DNA of 64,000 nucleotides from positions 3,410,001 through 3,474,000 of the forward strand of contig OZ024752.1 of NCBI GenBank assembly GCA_964016885.1, read 5' to 3'. Below, one piece after another: positions 42,073 through 58,064 of this stretch. How positions within the stretch are numbered: position 1 is the first letter of the stretch; each line of letters opens with the position of its first letter. The notes beneath the pieces were generated by a model. It was not told the DNA's origin and did no database searches. It was given only the letters and a program-made list of their open reading frames with translations. A program made the position numbers and the translations under genes. The DNA comes from Eledone cirrhosa (taxonomy: Eukaryota).

Positions 42073-45000
42073 TGAATCCGTTTCAAATCAAACTTTTGAA
42101 TCATGTATTAAATCCGTAACTTTTAACATAAGTACATAGTGATTCATACGACATATCAACATTAAATTCGTTGGCAATTCTACTAGCATAATTGGTTAGA
42201 ACCTCGCATATATTTCAAAATATGCAATGGCTAATACCTTGCTACGATATTAATTCATTTATAATGACGGGTATTTCAATAAAATATATTCTGCCTACGT
42301 AATTCTTAAAGCATGAGCCGAGTCACGGAATCCTTCTCAACAATTTACTTGTGGTAATATGCCTATTGCTGTGGGTTTATATATAGTGTGTATATTGTTA
42401 CATACATGTGTAAGTATGATATGTATGAAAGTACGTATAAGTGTATGGATGTAAATATGTGTGTGTGTGTGTATATATATATTTATGTATATATGAATGC
42501 TTGAATATATATATATATGCGTGTGTGGGTGTGGATGGGTACATGCATGATTTACTTCTTTTATTTGAAAATGTTCCTGTAAAGAACGAGATAGCTTCTA
42601 ACAAAGAAACTGCACTGTCGGTGGAATTTCGATAACAACGGTAAAGATGTATTGAGAAAAACATGCATATTTTCACATTGTTGCTTACAAACTCTATTTG
42701 CAAGTTGAATTTAAATGCTTCTCTTTTATTTCCTAATCTCCACAACCATTTTTATAAGGATTATTGCTGATATATTTTTTAATGAGTATTCTAATTCATG
42801 CCGAACTAAATATGCTGGACATTTGACATCTATAAGAATGTGTACGTTAGTTTTCTTTTCCAAAAACGATTTCTAGTCCATTGTATATATGGATATGATG
42901 TTCATGTACGCATGTATCTATATATGTATATATGCACGTATGTATGTATGCATATATGTATGTATGTCAGCATGCGTATATGCATGTAGGTATGTATGCA
43001 TCTATGTATGTATGCATGCATGTATGCATGTTATTTCTGGTTTTATACTTTTATACTTCTGGTTTTATAATTGTTTACCAATAGAGAGAGAGTTGGTTTC
43101 TAACATAGATACAAGGCTTTTTCATTGTAATGTAAACCACATTAACTAGATAGATATGTATGCAAGTATGTCAGCATGCGTGTGTATATATGCTGTTATG
43201 GATGTTATTGTATGTGTGGAAGTGTATGTTTTAAGTTATATGTGTGCATGTACATATGTTTGATGTCTGTGCATGTGTACATGCAGTTATTACATGCAGA
43301 ATATTTGGAATGTATGTATGTGTTTATATATACATGCATGTATGTGTCTGTAAATGGATGTATATATAGATGTGTGGTTGTTTGTATATAGGGTTCCATG
43401 CATCAGGGTCTATGTGTAAGTGCGCATGTATACATGTATGTTTGTATGTGGTTGCAGGTCATGCCTGCGTCTTCAAAATTACAAATACAGATAAAATGAT
43501 AGACCTGTTTTCGTTGCAATCATGATTTCTCAGTTCTAGGTTTACTGCGCTGTATCTTGCGAAATAATTGATATTTTTCTTGTATCTTGAGGCGCCAGTT
43601 CGACCTTGAAGTTGGTTAAACAGAAATTTGGGGGCTCATCGAATTGATCGCCCCAATAATTCAACTTAGTTCTGTTTATCAATCAATTGGTACGTTCATG
43701 ACCGGCATTCATTTTCGTATTATTTTTTTCGTGTGTAGACACAATTACTAAAATGACACACCTGACCTGAGAGAACATGACGAAATATAAACATTTATAA
43801 AATAATTACCAGCTCTTCTATCATTAGCATCAAAATCATTGTGATTATCAATGCCATCATCATCATTGTGATTATAGCCAACTATGTTACCATCATGTCT
43901 CTTACCTTGTTTGCATCTTTGTCATCGTTTTAGTGCTATTTGTCGCTCTAATCGCTATCATCATCATCATCACCAACCAACACCGCCATCACATCCAATG
44001 TCATTCAAAACTTACCACAACGCATCTACTGAAACTACCACCATATATACCTACACCCAAGTACTAAAACAACTACTATACGTACACTACAACTACTACC
44101 AAATCATTACAAAACTATCAAGTAACATACCAGCTCTACTACCACCAAACCCAACAACTTTGCCCCCACCAGAACAAATGCAACAATACACCACTATAGC
44201 AACACTCACTATTAATGAGACTAGTCATATCACCGCCACCACCATCACCACCACCACCACACTTACTAACATCATCACTGCCACTACTATCATAACTAAC
44301 ACACCAACATCATCATCACAATCACAATCAGCAGGAGCAGTGACATCATCATCGCCTTCGCCACTATTATCACCGTTACCGCCATGTCTACATTCCACTC
44401 TCACCTTTAACATCTCAGATCCCAACAACCTCAACATTCCCACAACAAATGACAACAACAATACACCAGCACCATCACCACCACGACATTCACCATCGTT
44501 GCCTCCCCCGCATTTGCACAGCTTGTTAGTCTATACTCTATTATTGTCAATGCATGTCTCGCTCATAAGCTACAGTACGACAGATACATATTACATTCAC
44601 TGAATGTTCTCTTTCCTGCATTGTATTGTGTGATAAACAACATACAGCAAGACGGCTCCTCTCTCACTATGGGTGGAGTCACGTTCTTCTGAATAGACTT
44701 TTTTTTATCAAATGTTTTATAAAATTTAACATCCAGCAGACTGGATCGAATTTCTTCATACAAGTCCCCTTCCCTTTTCTCTCTCTATTCTTATTGTTTC
44801 GTTTCATTTTTAGATGTTGCTATACGTTTTTGATTGTTTATATTGTTATCCCACATTTCCCACCTTCGTTGCCTATTTTGACAACTGCTGTGAATATACA
44901 ATGCTACTTACCGTTCCTTTGATTTATGCACCATTAAAAATCTCCTACACCCTCCTCTACAAAAGAAACGTAAAACGTTAAGCTTTCATATATGTGAATG

Positions 45001-46065
45001 AAACGTTCTTCAAAACATGTTCCGTCGCCAAACCCCTCTGAATCTCTGAAGTTCACACGCCACATTCTATACTAGGAGTATAACTAGTCGAATTCTTGTA
45101 CCACATATGGATTTTAATTCCTTTGTTTTGTCTGCCCGCGCACTTGTGTTAGTAGCTTTAATTTGAATTATTTTCACCTGAAAGCGTTTGTTCTGTGCGT
45201 GTGAGTATATATACATGAGTGTTTGTATGTATGTGTATGTTTATGTATATGCGAGTGTGCGTGTGTGGTAGGTGGGTGTATGTGTGTGCACACTGATTGT
45301 CTTATGCATATGTCGATGTTACCTTTACTTGAAATATGTAAACTGAGTGTTCTAGTTTTACAGCTCCCCATTTTGTTATTGATGCTGTTTTGTCGTTGTT
45401 GGTTTTATTTTTGTGCTATTATTTCGTACTTAATGTTGTTACTTAGGATTTCGTTATAAATGACAAACAAATCTCTAAAGATTAATGAAGGTATTCCCAT
45501 TGATATTAAGGGGAAACATGGTGTTGAGTCTGAGACAGAAAGTCGGTATCATTATTGCTGGTTGTTTTTCTCCATCTTCATAGTAGTAAGTGTCATGGTA
45601 ATGTTAATATAGGGGTTCTGAAAATAGGTGGCTTTAGAATACATTGGCATATTCCGTGTAACATCACCATTTTTATTATGCTGTATAAATCCACATTGCT
45701 TGTTCGATGTTCTAGTACAATCTTCGCAACTATTGTCACCATTAACTCTAATAATGAAACTAATAAAATCCAAAATTCAGCAGATTATTCTCTTCAAGCA
45801 TCAATAATGTGTCTTTTGTTCTTCAAATCTTGGAAAGACAGGGCATTATTACCCATCATTTAACATTTTTTCCCTCTAAATAAATGTTTCGTTTATATCT
45901 GAAACTATTTGTTCAACGTGGTTTCCTCGTTATATACAAACGAACATGAATGCGCTGACTGAATCACATTTACATAGACACATCCAGAATCATATGAAAC
46001 TACAATTAAACACGCACACGCCCATATACACACAGGCTTATATATATATATATATATACATATAT

Positions 46066-46257
<192 letters not shown>

Positions 46258-46561
46258 TATATGTACGCACACACACACATATATACGTCTCTGATTTCAT
46301 ATGCTTTCTCGTGTCTCCCTCTCCTCAAACATAATATAACTCAAACGCCTCTAGAAAAACAAAAGAATACAGAAAGAAAGCAGTGAAGATTCAATTAAAT
46401 GAATAAATAGCCTTAGAATTAATTAGTCATCTTTTCCCCACTAATAACCATATGTGTGTGTGTGTGTATATATATATACACAGACACACTTATACATACA
46501 TATACACACTTATATATGCATACACCCCCCCCTACACACACACACACACACACACACATAC

Positions 46562-46631
<70 letters not shown>

Positions 46632-47259
46632 AAGTTAACAGTATAAACATGAAAAAAACATGCAAATATATGTTTAACAGTATACACTATATGAAGGAGT
46701 TATTTTTTTTTTTTAAATCCATATATGAATAAAACCAATTCTGCAAATATGCAAACAATTACAAAATGTTAACATTTATAAAGAGAAAAATATTGAGAAA
46801 GTTACATTTAGTAAAGATGAAAATTTGGAAGTCAATTGTTATTTCGTCTTTTAGTTAATTATGTTTGTAGGAAAAGTCACTTTGAACAAAAGCGACCAAT
46901 ACCACGATGATATTGATAATAATAAATACGATAGTGGTTACATTGTTGTTGTTGTTGTTGGTGGTGTTGATTGTGGTGGTGGTGGTGGTGGTGGTGTTGT
47001 TGGTTGCGGTGGTGGTGGTGTTGATTTGGTGGTGGTAGCGGTTAAGATGCTATTCGCATTGTTGATGACTTTGGTTTTTCTGGTGATAAAGAGGTGGAGG
47101 ATGTAATTATAATGTTAATATTGCTAATAAAATAATTGAGCAAACGAGATTGAAACAATAATTTATATTAAACATTATGTTTTATATTTTTAAATGAAAT
47201 TAGGAAAGTGAAGAGAAAAACATGCAAACAATAGCATTCTCAAGCACGCACATACACAT

Positions 47260-47298
<39 letters not shown>

Positions 47299-47529
47299 TG
47301 GAAGACAAATGCATAAATACATACATATATACATACGCACTTGCAAATATAGATATACACATACATATATACATACATACGCACATATATACATTATCAA
47401 TAAGTATATTTACATACTCTTACACATACATGCGCATGCATAAACAGACCGACATTTTGAGATAGACAGATTAAAAAGGTTTTGTTATAAAGGCCATAGT
47501 TATGAGGATTTCCTATATATATATATATA

Positions 47530-47865
47530 TGGCTTAATGTTTAGAGAATTGGGCTTGCAATCGTCAGGTTGTGAGTTCGATTCTTGAACCGGGTGATGCG
47601 TTGTTTCCTTGAGCAAGACACTTTATTTCACGTTGCTCCAGTTTACTCAGCTGTAGAAATGAGTTGCGACGTCACTGGTACATAGCTGTATCAGCCATTG
47701 CCTTTCCCTTGGACATCATCGGTGGCATGGAGAAGGGAGACTGGTATGCATGGGCAACTGTGGTCTTCCACAAACAACCTTGCCGAGACGTATGCCTCGG
47801 AGGGAAACTTTCTAGGTGCGAATCACATGGTAAATCGTGACCGAATGGGCTCTTTACCCTTACCC
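47530..47865 (+). mobile_element. tRNA-derived SINE with CORE-like domain
   Basis: Head and core match 15188-15333, with a different 3' tail. Confidence 0.7.
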
Positions 47866-49475
47866 TATATATACATATATATATAAATGTTAGTACAGCA
47901 TTAACGAAGCTTTAGTTCGCGGCCAAGCTACCGAATGCAAATTCGGTATGTAGTTTAAGCAGTCGGGTGGGGAAAAGTACCCCAGAGTAATAACAATACG
48001 TTTAGACAGCTTAGCAAAACAAATATAGCGATCGGCAGTCCAGCCGCATCACCAGAGCAACGAAAATACAGGACTCAGGAAAAGATTTTAGACTATATAT
48101 ATATATATATATGTTACATCATTGACCTAAACAGGTACTTAAGTTTCCTTGGGTTCTGGACCCCAACTCATTCAGCCTGTCATAAGTTAAATAAATTTAC
48201 TGATTTTCGTCGTTAATCTTCTAGAATTGTGTTATTGCTTTCTTAACTTCTATTGTTCTTGTCACCAATCTCCGCCACCCCATATTCCTCACCCCATTCA
48301 CCATCTTGTTTTTCCGTGCTACTACTAGCACCAATATAATTATCATGATTATCCTGATCAACATAACCATCGTCATACATCTCATGAGCATCATCATGAA
48401 CAACACTATCATCATCATTCAGCTCAACAATATCCTCTCTCTTCCCATCTTAATCATTCACATCACCACCACCCACCCCCGCGAAAAAAAAAAGAAAACA
48501 GCGTTGATATTAATAAATATATAAATCGTGAAGACATCCACGATATTTCTCGGTTCCCTCTCTGAGATCCTCCTTACTGTCTCCATTTGATAATGGATGC
48601 TAAATGCGAACATCTTTAGGATTATTAAAGACTACTACTGTAACTTTCTATCTTTCTCACTCTTTTACTTTACTTCAATGTTTTCTTAAAGACGCGGGTA
48701 GTGACAGTGGGACTTTGGTTGCTTCAGACCTGGTGTATATGTATATATTTATTTACCGCACTTACACACACAAACATAGTTGACAAACATAGTTTTTGAC
48801 ACTTCTTGTTTTAACCAAACCAAGAAAATTACTAAGTTTACATGTATATATCTTAGAAATTAGATCAAACCTTTGTCAGAAGCAGCAAATATTGAATGCA
48901 CAGCCTCGAATACACAGCCGATAGATTAGTCTGAATATCAGGGAATGATAAATGCCAGACTAATCATATTCTTGAGATATGTCCTGATTTCTGAACTGGT
49001 TATGATGGTAGTGACGGTGAGGTTTCATTCTGCTGTTGTTGTTGTTGTTGTTGTTGTTGCTCTTGCTGATGGAGGTTGTTGTTCTGACGGCGCTGGTGGG
49101 TGCGGTCTCGTGAGGGGGGGGGGGGGATATTCCTGTTGGTGGTATTTTTTACTGTGGTTGTCGTGATGTGAAATATGATTAAACCAAGTCTAGTGATACT
49201 GATAATGTTGATTATGACGATGGTGAGGATAATGATGATGATGATGATGATGCCGACGTAGATGATGGTAATGATGATATGATGATAATGTTGAAGATGG
49301 CTGACATGTTGCCGTTAATTATGGCGCCGGTGATAAAATAATTTATTTATGAAATGTTATAGATAATTATTTTTTTTATAAACGTTAGACATAAAATAAA
49401 ACTCACATGGTGCTGTGCGTGCAAATACACAAAGTTACATGCGCATATACATACATACATACATACATACATACA

Positions 49476-49830
49476 TGGTGGCTGCCAACTCGTTTTCGAG
49501 TACGGCCACTACTTCATATCCATGTAGGAGAAACACTACCGATGCGCTGAACGAGTGTGATTTTTAGTCCAGCCAGCGACTTGAAAACTCTGGTAGAAAC
49601 ACTACACTTGTGACAATTATTGACACATAGTGCTGTGCCTATGGTACCATGTGATGACAAGTGCAGAGAGATCTCCAGATATAAAGCAATGCCGTGAAGC
49701 TTTTATAGTGAGCAAAGGCACTGCACAAAGCCAGTCCCACTCTCTTAACCAAGATGATATTTACCAAAAAGAAGAACAAGCCAACATCATTGGATACCAT
49801 CAGGGTTGCAGGTGTTATATCAGAGTTTTC
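49476..49830 (-). mobile_element. RTE-like LINE 3' fragment with (TATG)n tail
   Basis: Minus strand 49612-49542 reads HKCSVSTRVFKSLAGLK(S)HTRSAH, a degenerate C-terminal C2H2 finger. A short UTR and (atgt)n follow. Confidence 0.55.
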
Positions 49831-51899
49831 CTTCTCCTAGAATTCTGCCTTGACAAAGGCTAAGGGGTCATCTCTCCCGGACATACATACATACATACTT
49901 AAATACATACCTAAATATATGCTTAGATATAACAAAATAATAAATATATACATATATATGTGTGTGTGGGGTGGGTGCGGGTGTGGGGGTGCGTGTGTAT
50001 GTGTGTTTGTGTCTGTGTGTGCGTGCGCGCTTATGTGTATAAAATAATACAATATCAATTTGTTTTTGTTGCTATAGTAACGAAACAGCAAGGGACGTTA
50101 TCAAAGAAATCACTGGTGACTGATGGAATTAAGAGAGATGATAGGGTGTGAGGACTGACTAGAGCAAAGTAAGAAATAGCGGGAGAAAGAAATGGATGGG
50201 ATAGAGAGGATGAGAAAGAAATAGAAAAGAGTGGTGGAATGAAGAAGTATGAATATGTGTGAGTGCAAGAATGAGTAGATATATAGAAGAGAAAAAGATT
50301 CTTAAACCAAGGTTGAGTAAATAAATAAATAAATTTAGAAAGAGGGTTAAAAGAGAAAGAAAGATGATTTAGAGGAGTGTGTAAGAGAAATAAAAGTATG
50401 TGTAGAGCAGAAAAGTATTTAGAAATGGGAAAAATAGAGAAATAGTGCAAGAGAGAAAAATGAAGAAAAGCAAGATACATAAACGATAACTGATTGAGAG
50501 GAAGCAACAAAGAAGCAAATAGCTAATAAAATGAAGGGAGTAATAGAATAAGAGAGATAATAGGTGGGGTGAAATAAGTTCGAAAAATGTATAGAGATAG
50601 TAATGAATGAACTTGACAACCACATTGTGTATATGTGTATAAATTTGTGACTCTGTTTTTGTGTGTGTTTGTATGTGTGGTCTTATTTGTATTTGTACAT
50701 GCGTTTTTGTTTGTGAGAATATGTGTGTGTATGTGTGTCTATTGGAATTCTAATTTCCTAAAGAACTGATTCGTTCCTTGAAAAATGATTACTTCATGGT
50801 TTCATTCTTTGAAATTTTTCAATTGGCTCCCTCTGCATTTTGGAATCTGTAGTTTGGATTTCAGAAGTTTAAAAGTAAAATACAAATGAAAATAGAAATA
50901 TACACAAAGACAAAAAATATCAAGTTAAAAATTTGAAACTATGTCAGTCTGTTATTTAAAATTCTATACATTGTAATTAGATTTCGTTCTATTTTCAATT
51001 ACAGACACATCCGAAAGTGCGCAACGTCTTTTTATGGATGAAAGTTCTGTTAATTATTGGCACCAGGTGGCTGACTGTGGCTAAATATTAATTAAAGAAT
51101 TAATTATTATTGAGGAAGCCAAATAACAACGGGTTGATAGATACAGTGACTCATTTGCCCGAACAACGAATAGTATTTCGTTTTGCCGGTTTTTCATATT
51201 GTGTTCAAATCCCACCGTGGTCAACCCTAATTTACACTCAATTCAGTGGAACACGTATCTATGTTCTTGCGATAAAGAATTATTGCGGTATTTGTTCCGA
51301 CACTCTGCTCATTGAGTTCAAAGGCTCCCAAGGTCAACTTAATTTTCAGCGTTTTGAGTTTTATAAAATACATTATCAGTCGGAAAAAAATATTTATGGT
51401 ATTTGTTCCGGTTATTAGATCGTAATTAGACCAAATCCGAATGTGGCCTACTTTGATGTGATACCTAATCCATTGCCAGGCTTAATATCAGTGTTTTTGC
51501 ATGAACGCTCAGCACAACATTGACATCTCTCAAATACTATCACCACTGCCTTTAGCATTACCATTAACAATATTCTAAATATAGGATACCTGGCACGTAG
51601 GTTTTAGTTGAACTTTAGCGATAAATCCATATTATAGCTATAACTGTATCATATCTACTAGGGGTATCTGTTTCTTTTGAATAATTATATACCTTTGATT
51701 CATTTATTGTTCAATGAGTCTGCGATACATATCTCTCTAATTAAAGCGCTAGCATTTCGCTAGCAATTTACATGAGTGCTGTTAATGCTGTCCAGCTAGT
51801 TAGTGATTCACTCGGCAATTCTTTAAATCTTTTGCACTAGCATTGATAGTATATTAGAGCTATGTCATTTACATTATTTAGATTGAGAGTGTGGTGGGT

Positions 51900-52520
51900 T
51901 AGAATATTGAGTGATAAATGGGTTGACCACAGACTACATGTATCATCACTAGCGTCACTATATTATATAAATATGTCAATCGGCGCCCTATTAAATTTTA
52001 GTGGCTATGACGTATAAAACATTATCTCTGACAGTGAGTTATTTAATGAAGTGGATTTGGCAGATATATTGAGCAACTATGTAGAATTTCTCGGAAAAAT
52101 CTGAGTGTCATTGCATAATTAGTAACTAAAGATGTAGTGAATATTGTTCATAGCAGTATATGGTCCTGTTGTTATTGGTGTTTCGTAGATGAAAATGTAA
52201 AGCCGAGGAGACAATAGTACTGTCATTTGATGTTGGTAGCAATATATTTATCTAGTTTTCTGAGTGTAGTGGTATCGTATTATATAAGACAGGAATCGTC
52301 GAGATACAACCATTTGTTTAGGTTGCTTATAGCAACTGTGTGATATAACGATAAATTCTTGGTTGTAGTTAGATTTGATTTTAGTAGTATTTGCTGATGA
52401 CAGTGGTTGATATCATAAACTTGTAATATAAATATAATGTAAATGCTTTCTACAGATAAAGTGGATTCTAATGGCCACAGATTAACTTTGTCTATATTAC
52501 GATATGCATATGAGAGATAA
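51900..52520 (-). pseudogene. Ancient non-LTR RT relic (Jockey/I-like)
   Basis: Collinear degenerate motifs: IFILQVYDINHCHQQILLK (like LD..KAYD.V.H..LL.K), LNKWL, QMTVLLSPRLYIF (like QG.VLSP.LF) and YA(D)DTQIF at 52095-52117. Confidence 0.5.
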
Positions 52521-52534
52521 TTCATCTTTTGGAT

Positions 52535-53175
52535 TCTTCTTATCGTGTCCACAAGAATGCCAGCTACAAAGCTTGGCTAGATGTGGTTCCGCTACAGCTG
52601 AACACTTTGCTGTCCTTTCTCATTAAACTCTGCCAAGTCCAATGCTGTGCAGGTGGTGTTCTAGTAGAGGGTGTTCTATCAGGGGACATATCAGGAGGTG
52701 CTAAGCAGTGTGTGGTTCTATGCCGCAGTCATACACAATGTCCTCATCCTTTAAATACCCCCATTTTGCCATATTGACTTTTGCACGATCAACACCAGAT
52801 CTTAATCTGTTGAGACATTTCGACACTGCATAGTTTGTATCTGCTCCAGGGGGCAGTGCCTCACTCGCCTTTAGCGCCATTGTAGTTTCAATTGGAAGGT
52901 TGTTAAGTTTTTGTTCCCAACGAGTGACTCTTTCACTACTTATGCTTGATGTTCCAAAGGGTGTGACGCTCTTTAGGAAACTTTTCCTGGATTTAAGGCT
53001 GCATTTGTCTGATACATGGTCGAAGAGATGATGTTCTTGATCTGTAGTATGTTATTGACGCTCTTTCTTGCTTGCTGCATCTCGTCGTATCTCTGGTTCG
53101 GCTGTGCCTGACAGGATATGCAGACATATCTTTTGGATAGAATGCCGGTATAATTCAGGCAACCACACAACATGA
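52535..53175 (-). mobile_element. LINE 3' fragment, Ingi/Vingi-like
   Basis: Across frameshifts: CGCL…LSGTAEPEIRRDAASKKER…HLFDHVSDKCSLKSRKSFL…LPPGADTNYAVSKCLNRLRSGVDRAKVNMAKWG…DCGIEPHTA*HLLICP. Confidence 0.7.
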
Positions 53176-55689
53176 TCGGGGTCTATTTTCATTCAACAAT
53201 GCATCCCAAGTAAAATGAAACTTTAAAGATTTAGATATAACGTCCTTGCTTTTTGGGCTGATATAAGTGGTCCAAGACATACATTCTTTGATACTAAACG
53301 CTCTCTAAAGCTAATTTTCACCCAAAACTTTATATATCCATAAAACTAAATTTAGTCCATGCATCTTAAGCTGAGTATATCAAATACAGACATTGCAATT
53401 ATAATATATATCTCATTAAACCAGTTTACATTTCTGGTAGCTTACGTGTTAAACAGTTTATTTATTTACGAAGTGAATTATCTTCATTCGTTTATAATGA
53501 GTTCACCAAGGGATGAAATTCCGTAGTCATGACATTTGTTAGTGTCTATAAAAATGATTGTAGAAGGTGATAAATATATTGTCTCGGGTGAATATTTGCA
53601 ACTGTGTAGAATACTCCGAATCACCATGGCCCATGTTCTGCTGTTAAACGAATTGATTTATTAAGTATATCATACATTATAGTTAAATGCGTTATACTCC
53701 TATCTTCATAAGCTAGTAGATCAAGCATTACTAATTTTCAAGTAAAGTCAGATTCCAAACAAAATGACAACTACATTAATTTTACTTGTTAGTAATTAAG
53801 AGTAACCCCTTTTAGGAATATGCAAGCCTTATTATTTCTAGGAACAAATATGTAAACGTTCTATTGAAGAAATAGATATAAACCAATAATCAATACTATT
53901 CATAGTAATTTGTAACAATGATAGTTGTTCGCCAGACATCTTAATGTAATGGCGGTTTGTTGTGTACTTTTATTTTCTAATTTCAACAAAATGATTGTGG
54001 GATCAATCGGGAAAACTATAACGAACATCTAAATGTTCAGATCTTCTGCATTCATTGTATACCATTAGTAATTCTAGAAATCTTGAATAATTATAGTAGA
54101 CGATACATTATTTTTTGGAAATGACCAGTCTGGTAAATCAGTCTGTTTAATTTATTTGTACGTCACTTCACCGTACAGGCAAGATGAATTGTAAACAATA
54201 GACCGGGTAGACTTTAAACTCAGAATTTAACTGAACATTTTCCCATCGCCTCCCTGATTACCTCATCCACTGAAATGCTGATTCTTCTTGATTCTCATGT
54301 ATACTATATCCTTTCTTCCACACACCACCACATTTCTGATTAAGCCATCCTCTAAATTCACTCAACTGGTTCTAGCATCCGTCGCAGATACCACGCAAAC
54401 GATATACCCGGTAAATTGTGTCTAAATAATACTTGAATGCTAATTTATTTAATCGATACTGGAAGGATGAATATCGGTGGAATTCGATTTTAAAAACATA
54501 TAGAATCCGAATTATATACTTCAAGACATTAATTTTGTTCTAAACATTCCTGCAAAAAAATGTAAAATATTTTCTAAGCAGGTACAAGACTAGTAATTTA
54601 TGCGGGAGATGAAATCAATTACATCTACCTCAGTACTTTATTGGTACCATGTTTTATCGACGATTGAACAATGAAAGACTAAAGTATGCTCAGTGACATT
54701 TGAACACGATTTAACACCTAAACATGAAAGTAAATATCAAATCTCAGATTTAATGTTAGTAATGATTTACAGCAAAACTAAAATTAGCAACTTTTTTCTT
54801 TTTTTTTTTCTTTCAACTGTATCCAAGAAACGAAGTTTATTATAGTTGATATATTCATTGATATTCAAAAATGACAAGATTAACGAACTAAATTGTGGGT
54901 TACAAACAACATAAAGTACAAGAACAACATTATAAACACAAACTAGTTTCAAAACTTAGTAGAAATATCAATAAATTTTGTTTTCGGACATAATGTTTTG
55001 CTTGAAAAAAAGGGGGGACACGTTGGATGATGTATTCAGGGGATTTAATGCTTAAAAAAATAGAGGTGGAATAAGCCGACCAATATTGACATTTCGTCAG
55101 CTCAGACGAATAGGACATATGGTTAAACAATAAGAGCAATGCATTTTGAGCTGCCCTTAAATTAATACAGCCATATGTTTTGGATAGATAACTAAGTTAT
55201 CTATTCATTTGAATAGATAACTAATAATTTTAGTTGAATAAGAAATAAATTGTTTTTTTCTGGAATTTGAACTCTAAACATAAACAATTAAATGCGACCT
55301 GGCGTTTTCATCTGTTGCTCAACTGTTTCTCCTAGTTATAGTCACCTGTAATAAGGAATCAGTCAAATCTATTTTATTGCAAGTCTAACATTGGAATGTT
55401 AAAAAAATAAACATTATGAACTAACAATTTGTTTTGAATTGTATGAATCTTTTAAATATATTATATATTTTAACTTAATTTAATTTAACTTTATCAAACA
55501 TACACACACACACACACACACGCACACACACGCATACACCCACACCCACACGCACACACACCCACACACACACATATTTACATGTATGTGTGGGTCAGTG
55601 TAAAAGGTAAACAGAAATAACAAAAATAAAAAAACAAACGCACAGTACATGGGAGAAATATATTAGTGTAACGATTGAAGGGGAGGGTG

Positions 55690-55741
<52 letters not shown>

Positions 55742-58029
55742 GTGTGTGTATATATATGTGTGTGTGTCTGTGTTTGCATGTGTTAGCGTATCTATATTTT
55801 ATAGTTTAAGAATGTATGTAGCAATTTACATGTTTATTTTATATTTAATTATTTTTAATGTTTAACTGATTTATTTTTCTATTCTTTTGTTTTATGTCAG
55901 CTGATTCTAATTAATTATGATTAAACCCTGTACACAGCTACGTTGAGGAAATTAATTAATAATTTGCATGGCTTGCGAAAGCAATATTATATTAACATGC
56001 ATGAAAACTTAATAACACTAATATTTCAACAGTTGACTAATACAGTTATCGTGCGAGGATAATGAACTAATTGTTATTGTGACTAATTACAGTTGATATT
56101 ACGAGTCAGTCCAATGCAGAACGGTGATATATACGCAAGGGAAAATCAAAAAATGGAAATGTTTGGTTGGGTTTGGAAAGGACATTTAGATAATTTCATC
56201 TCTCTCTCTTGTTTTTTGCTATATTATTAATATTATTATCAGTTCCATTGTCCTTGTTGTTGTACCTAATAACGTTATCTGAATGTTGTTGTAGTTGAAT
56301 TGTTGTTTTTAATTTAATTTAATTGCTGCTGTTATAGAGAATTGTGATATGTCGGCTGAAATACTAGAATAATTCAGAATTTATTTTCCTTTTGTGCTGC
56401 TGTATTTTTGTTGTTGTAGTTGTTGTTTTTCGTCACCTCACCATTTCTAGTTCAAATCCCGCAGGCGTTCACTTAACTTTTTCAGCCTTCCGGAGTCAAT
56501 AAAATAAATAGTAGTGAAACAATATGTGTTAATTCAATTTCGCAACTCTATCACTTCTCTACAAAAAAACAGACGATGTGTCTAATCAAAAAGATGTAAA
56601 TGATTACAACTGAACCCGCTGAGCATTATTAGTGAATAACTAGAGTTAAAGTTGTGGTGTGCTCGTTTCTGCTTCAAGATATATCACTTTACTGATATTG
56701 TCATAAAAAACATGTTTCTGTATTGGTGAATACACGTACATATGCTTGTTTATTTGTATGTGCACGTGTGTATATGAATATATGATTATTTTCAAAGTAC
56801 ATACTCACTTCGAATCTAAACGAGTGCACCAAAAAGGTCTTTTTCTAGCTTTCAACACAATTGTGAGAGAGTTTCTAGGTCAATCTGTAGTGTGATAGTC
56901 AAGTTAATTATAGAAGATATTTATAATTTGTTTGAAGTTTCACAGAAAATTTGATCTACCAAATGTTTATATTTTTGAGTGTAAGTAATCCAGTACAATT
57001 TCGCTCAACCTACATACAATTCTGTGAATATATATTTCATGAACACAAATACGACAGATGCTATACGATAAATAAATCTGTACGGCATCAATCTTTCGTT
57101 ACGTCCTTTCATTTACTCACCCTTAAATTCGCCAGATTCAATATTAACATATAACCTTTTAGAATCGAGAAAATAAAAGTACCAAAGCACAACGTCGTTG
57201 TGTACAACATTAGGAATAATTTTATATTGTTGGTTAACAACATGTCGTCTTTGAGGCAAAACGTTTCCAACTCTGGCCAACCCATATGTATTCTTAGAAT
57301 ACAATAGCCATCGCGTTTTATTTATTAATTGAGTAAGTTGTGATTCGGTGGTGATTAACCAGATTTTCTTAGCAGCTTGGACTCTTGTGTTATTTGGTAC
57401 AATATAAGATAGTTAATTTGGAGTTCCGGAAGATATCGTAGAATAACAGATGAAGTAAAACGCCTAAGTGTATTTAGTCCAATCTTTCCAAACGCTGAGT
57501 AGAGTGACAAGACTATGGACATATATCCGATGGAAGCTATTCCTCAGTAGCTGATGTGAAATCTTCAAGACCCGTATCATTTTGTTTGTTGTGTTACCTT
57601 TTCGTTATCTTACAAAATTAGCTCAGCTGTCAATCCTATATTTGAGGATATAATACTTTTGTTTAGTGTCCATATTCTCCCAGAAACAACACCGTTGTAT
57701 GCGATGTTTAGAATGTATTTCTTTCCGGTTGGATAGAAAAATATCACCATATTAAGAATTGATAAATGTTGAGGAAAATATCATTTATAGTATTGCGCTA
57801 ATTTTAGAAACTTCCCTATTATTTTACTGGCAATCTTCATATAATCCGATATATGCAATTATTCACTCGATTTAACAAACAGATGTAAATTGTTTTCACG
57901 CCTCTGGAAGTTTCTTTCTAATACAGCTAAACCTTTAATACATACAGATAAACAGACTCGCACTCAATATTTTATATGTAATACATATACATATTACATA
58001 TGTATGTGTATTACATATAAAATATTTAC

Positions 58030-58064
<35 letters not shown>

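Noticed and set aside
43884-44603. 239-aa Thr/Pro/His-rich ORF (mucin-like)
   Set aside because: Built from degenerate CAT/CAC/AAC trinucleotide repeats, with no domain or splice support.
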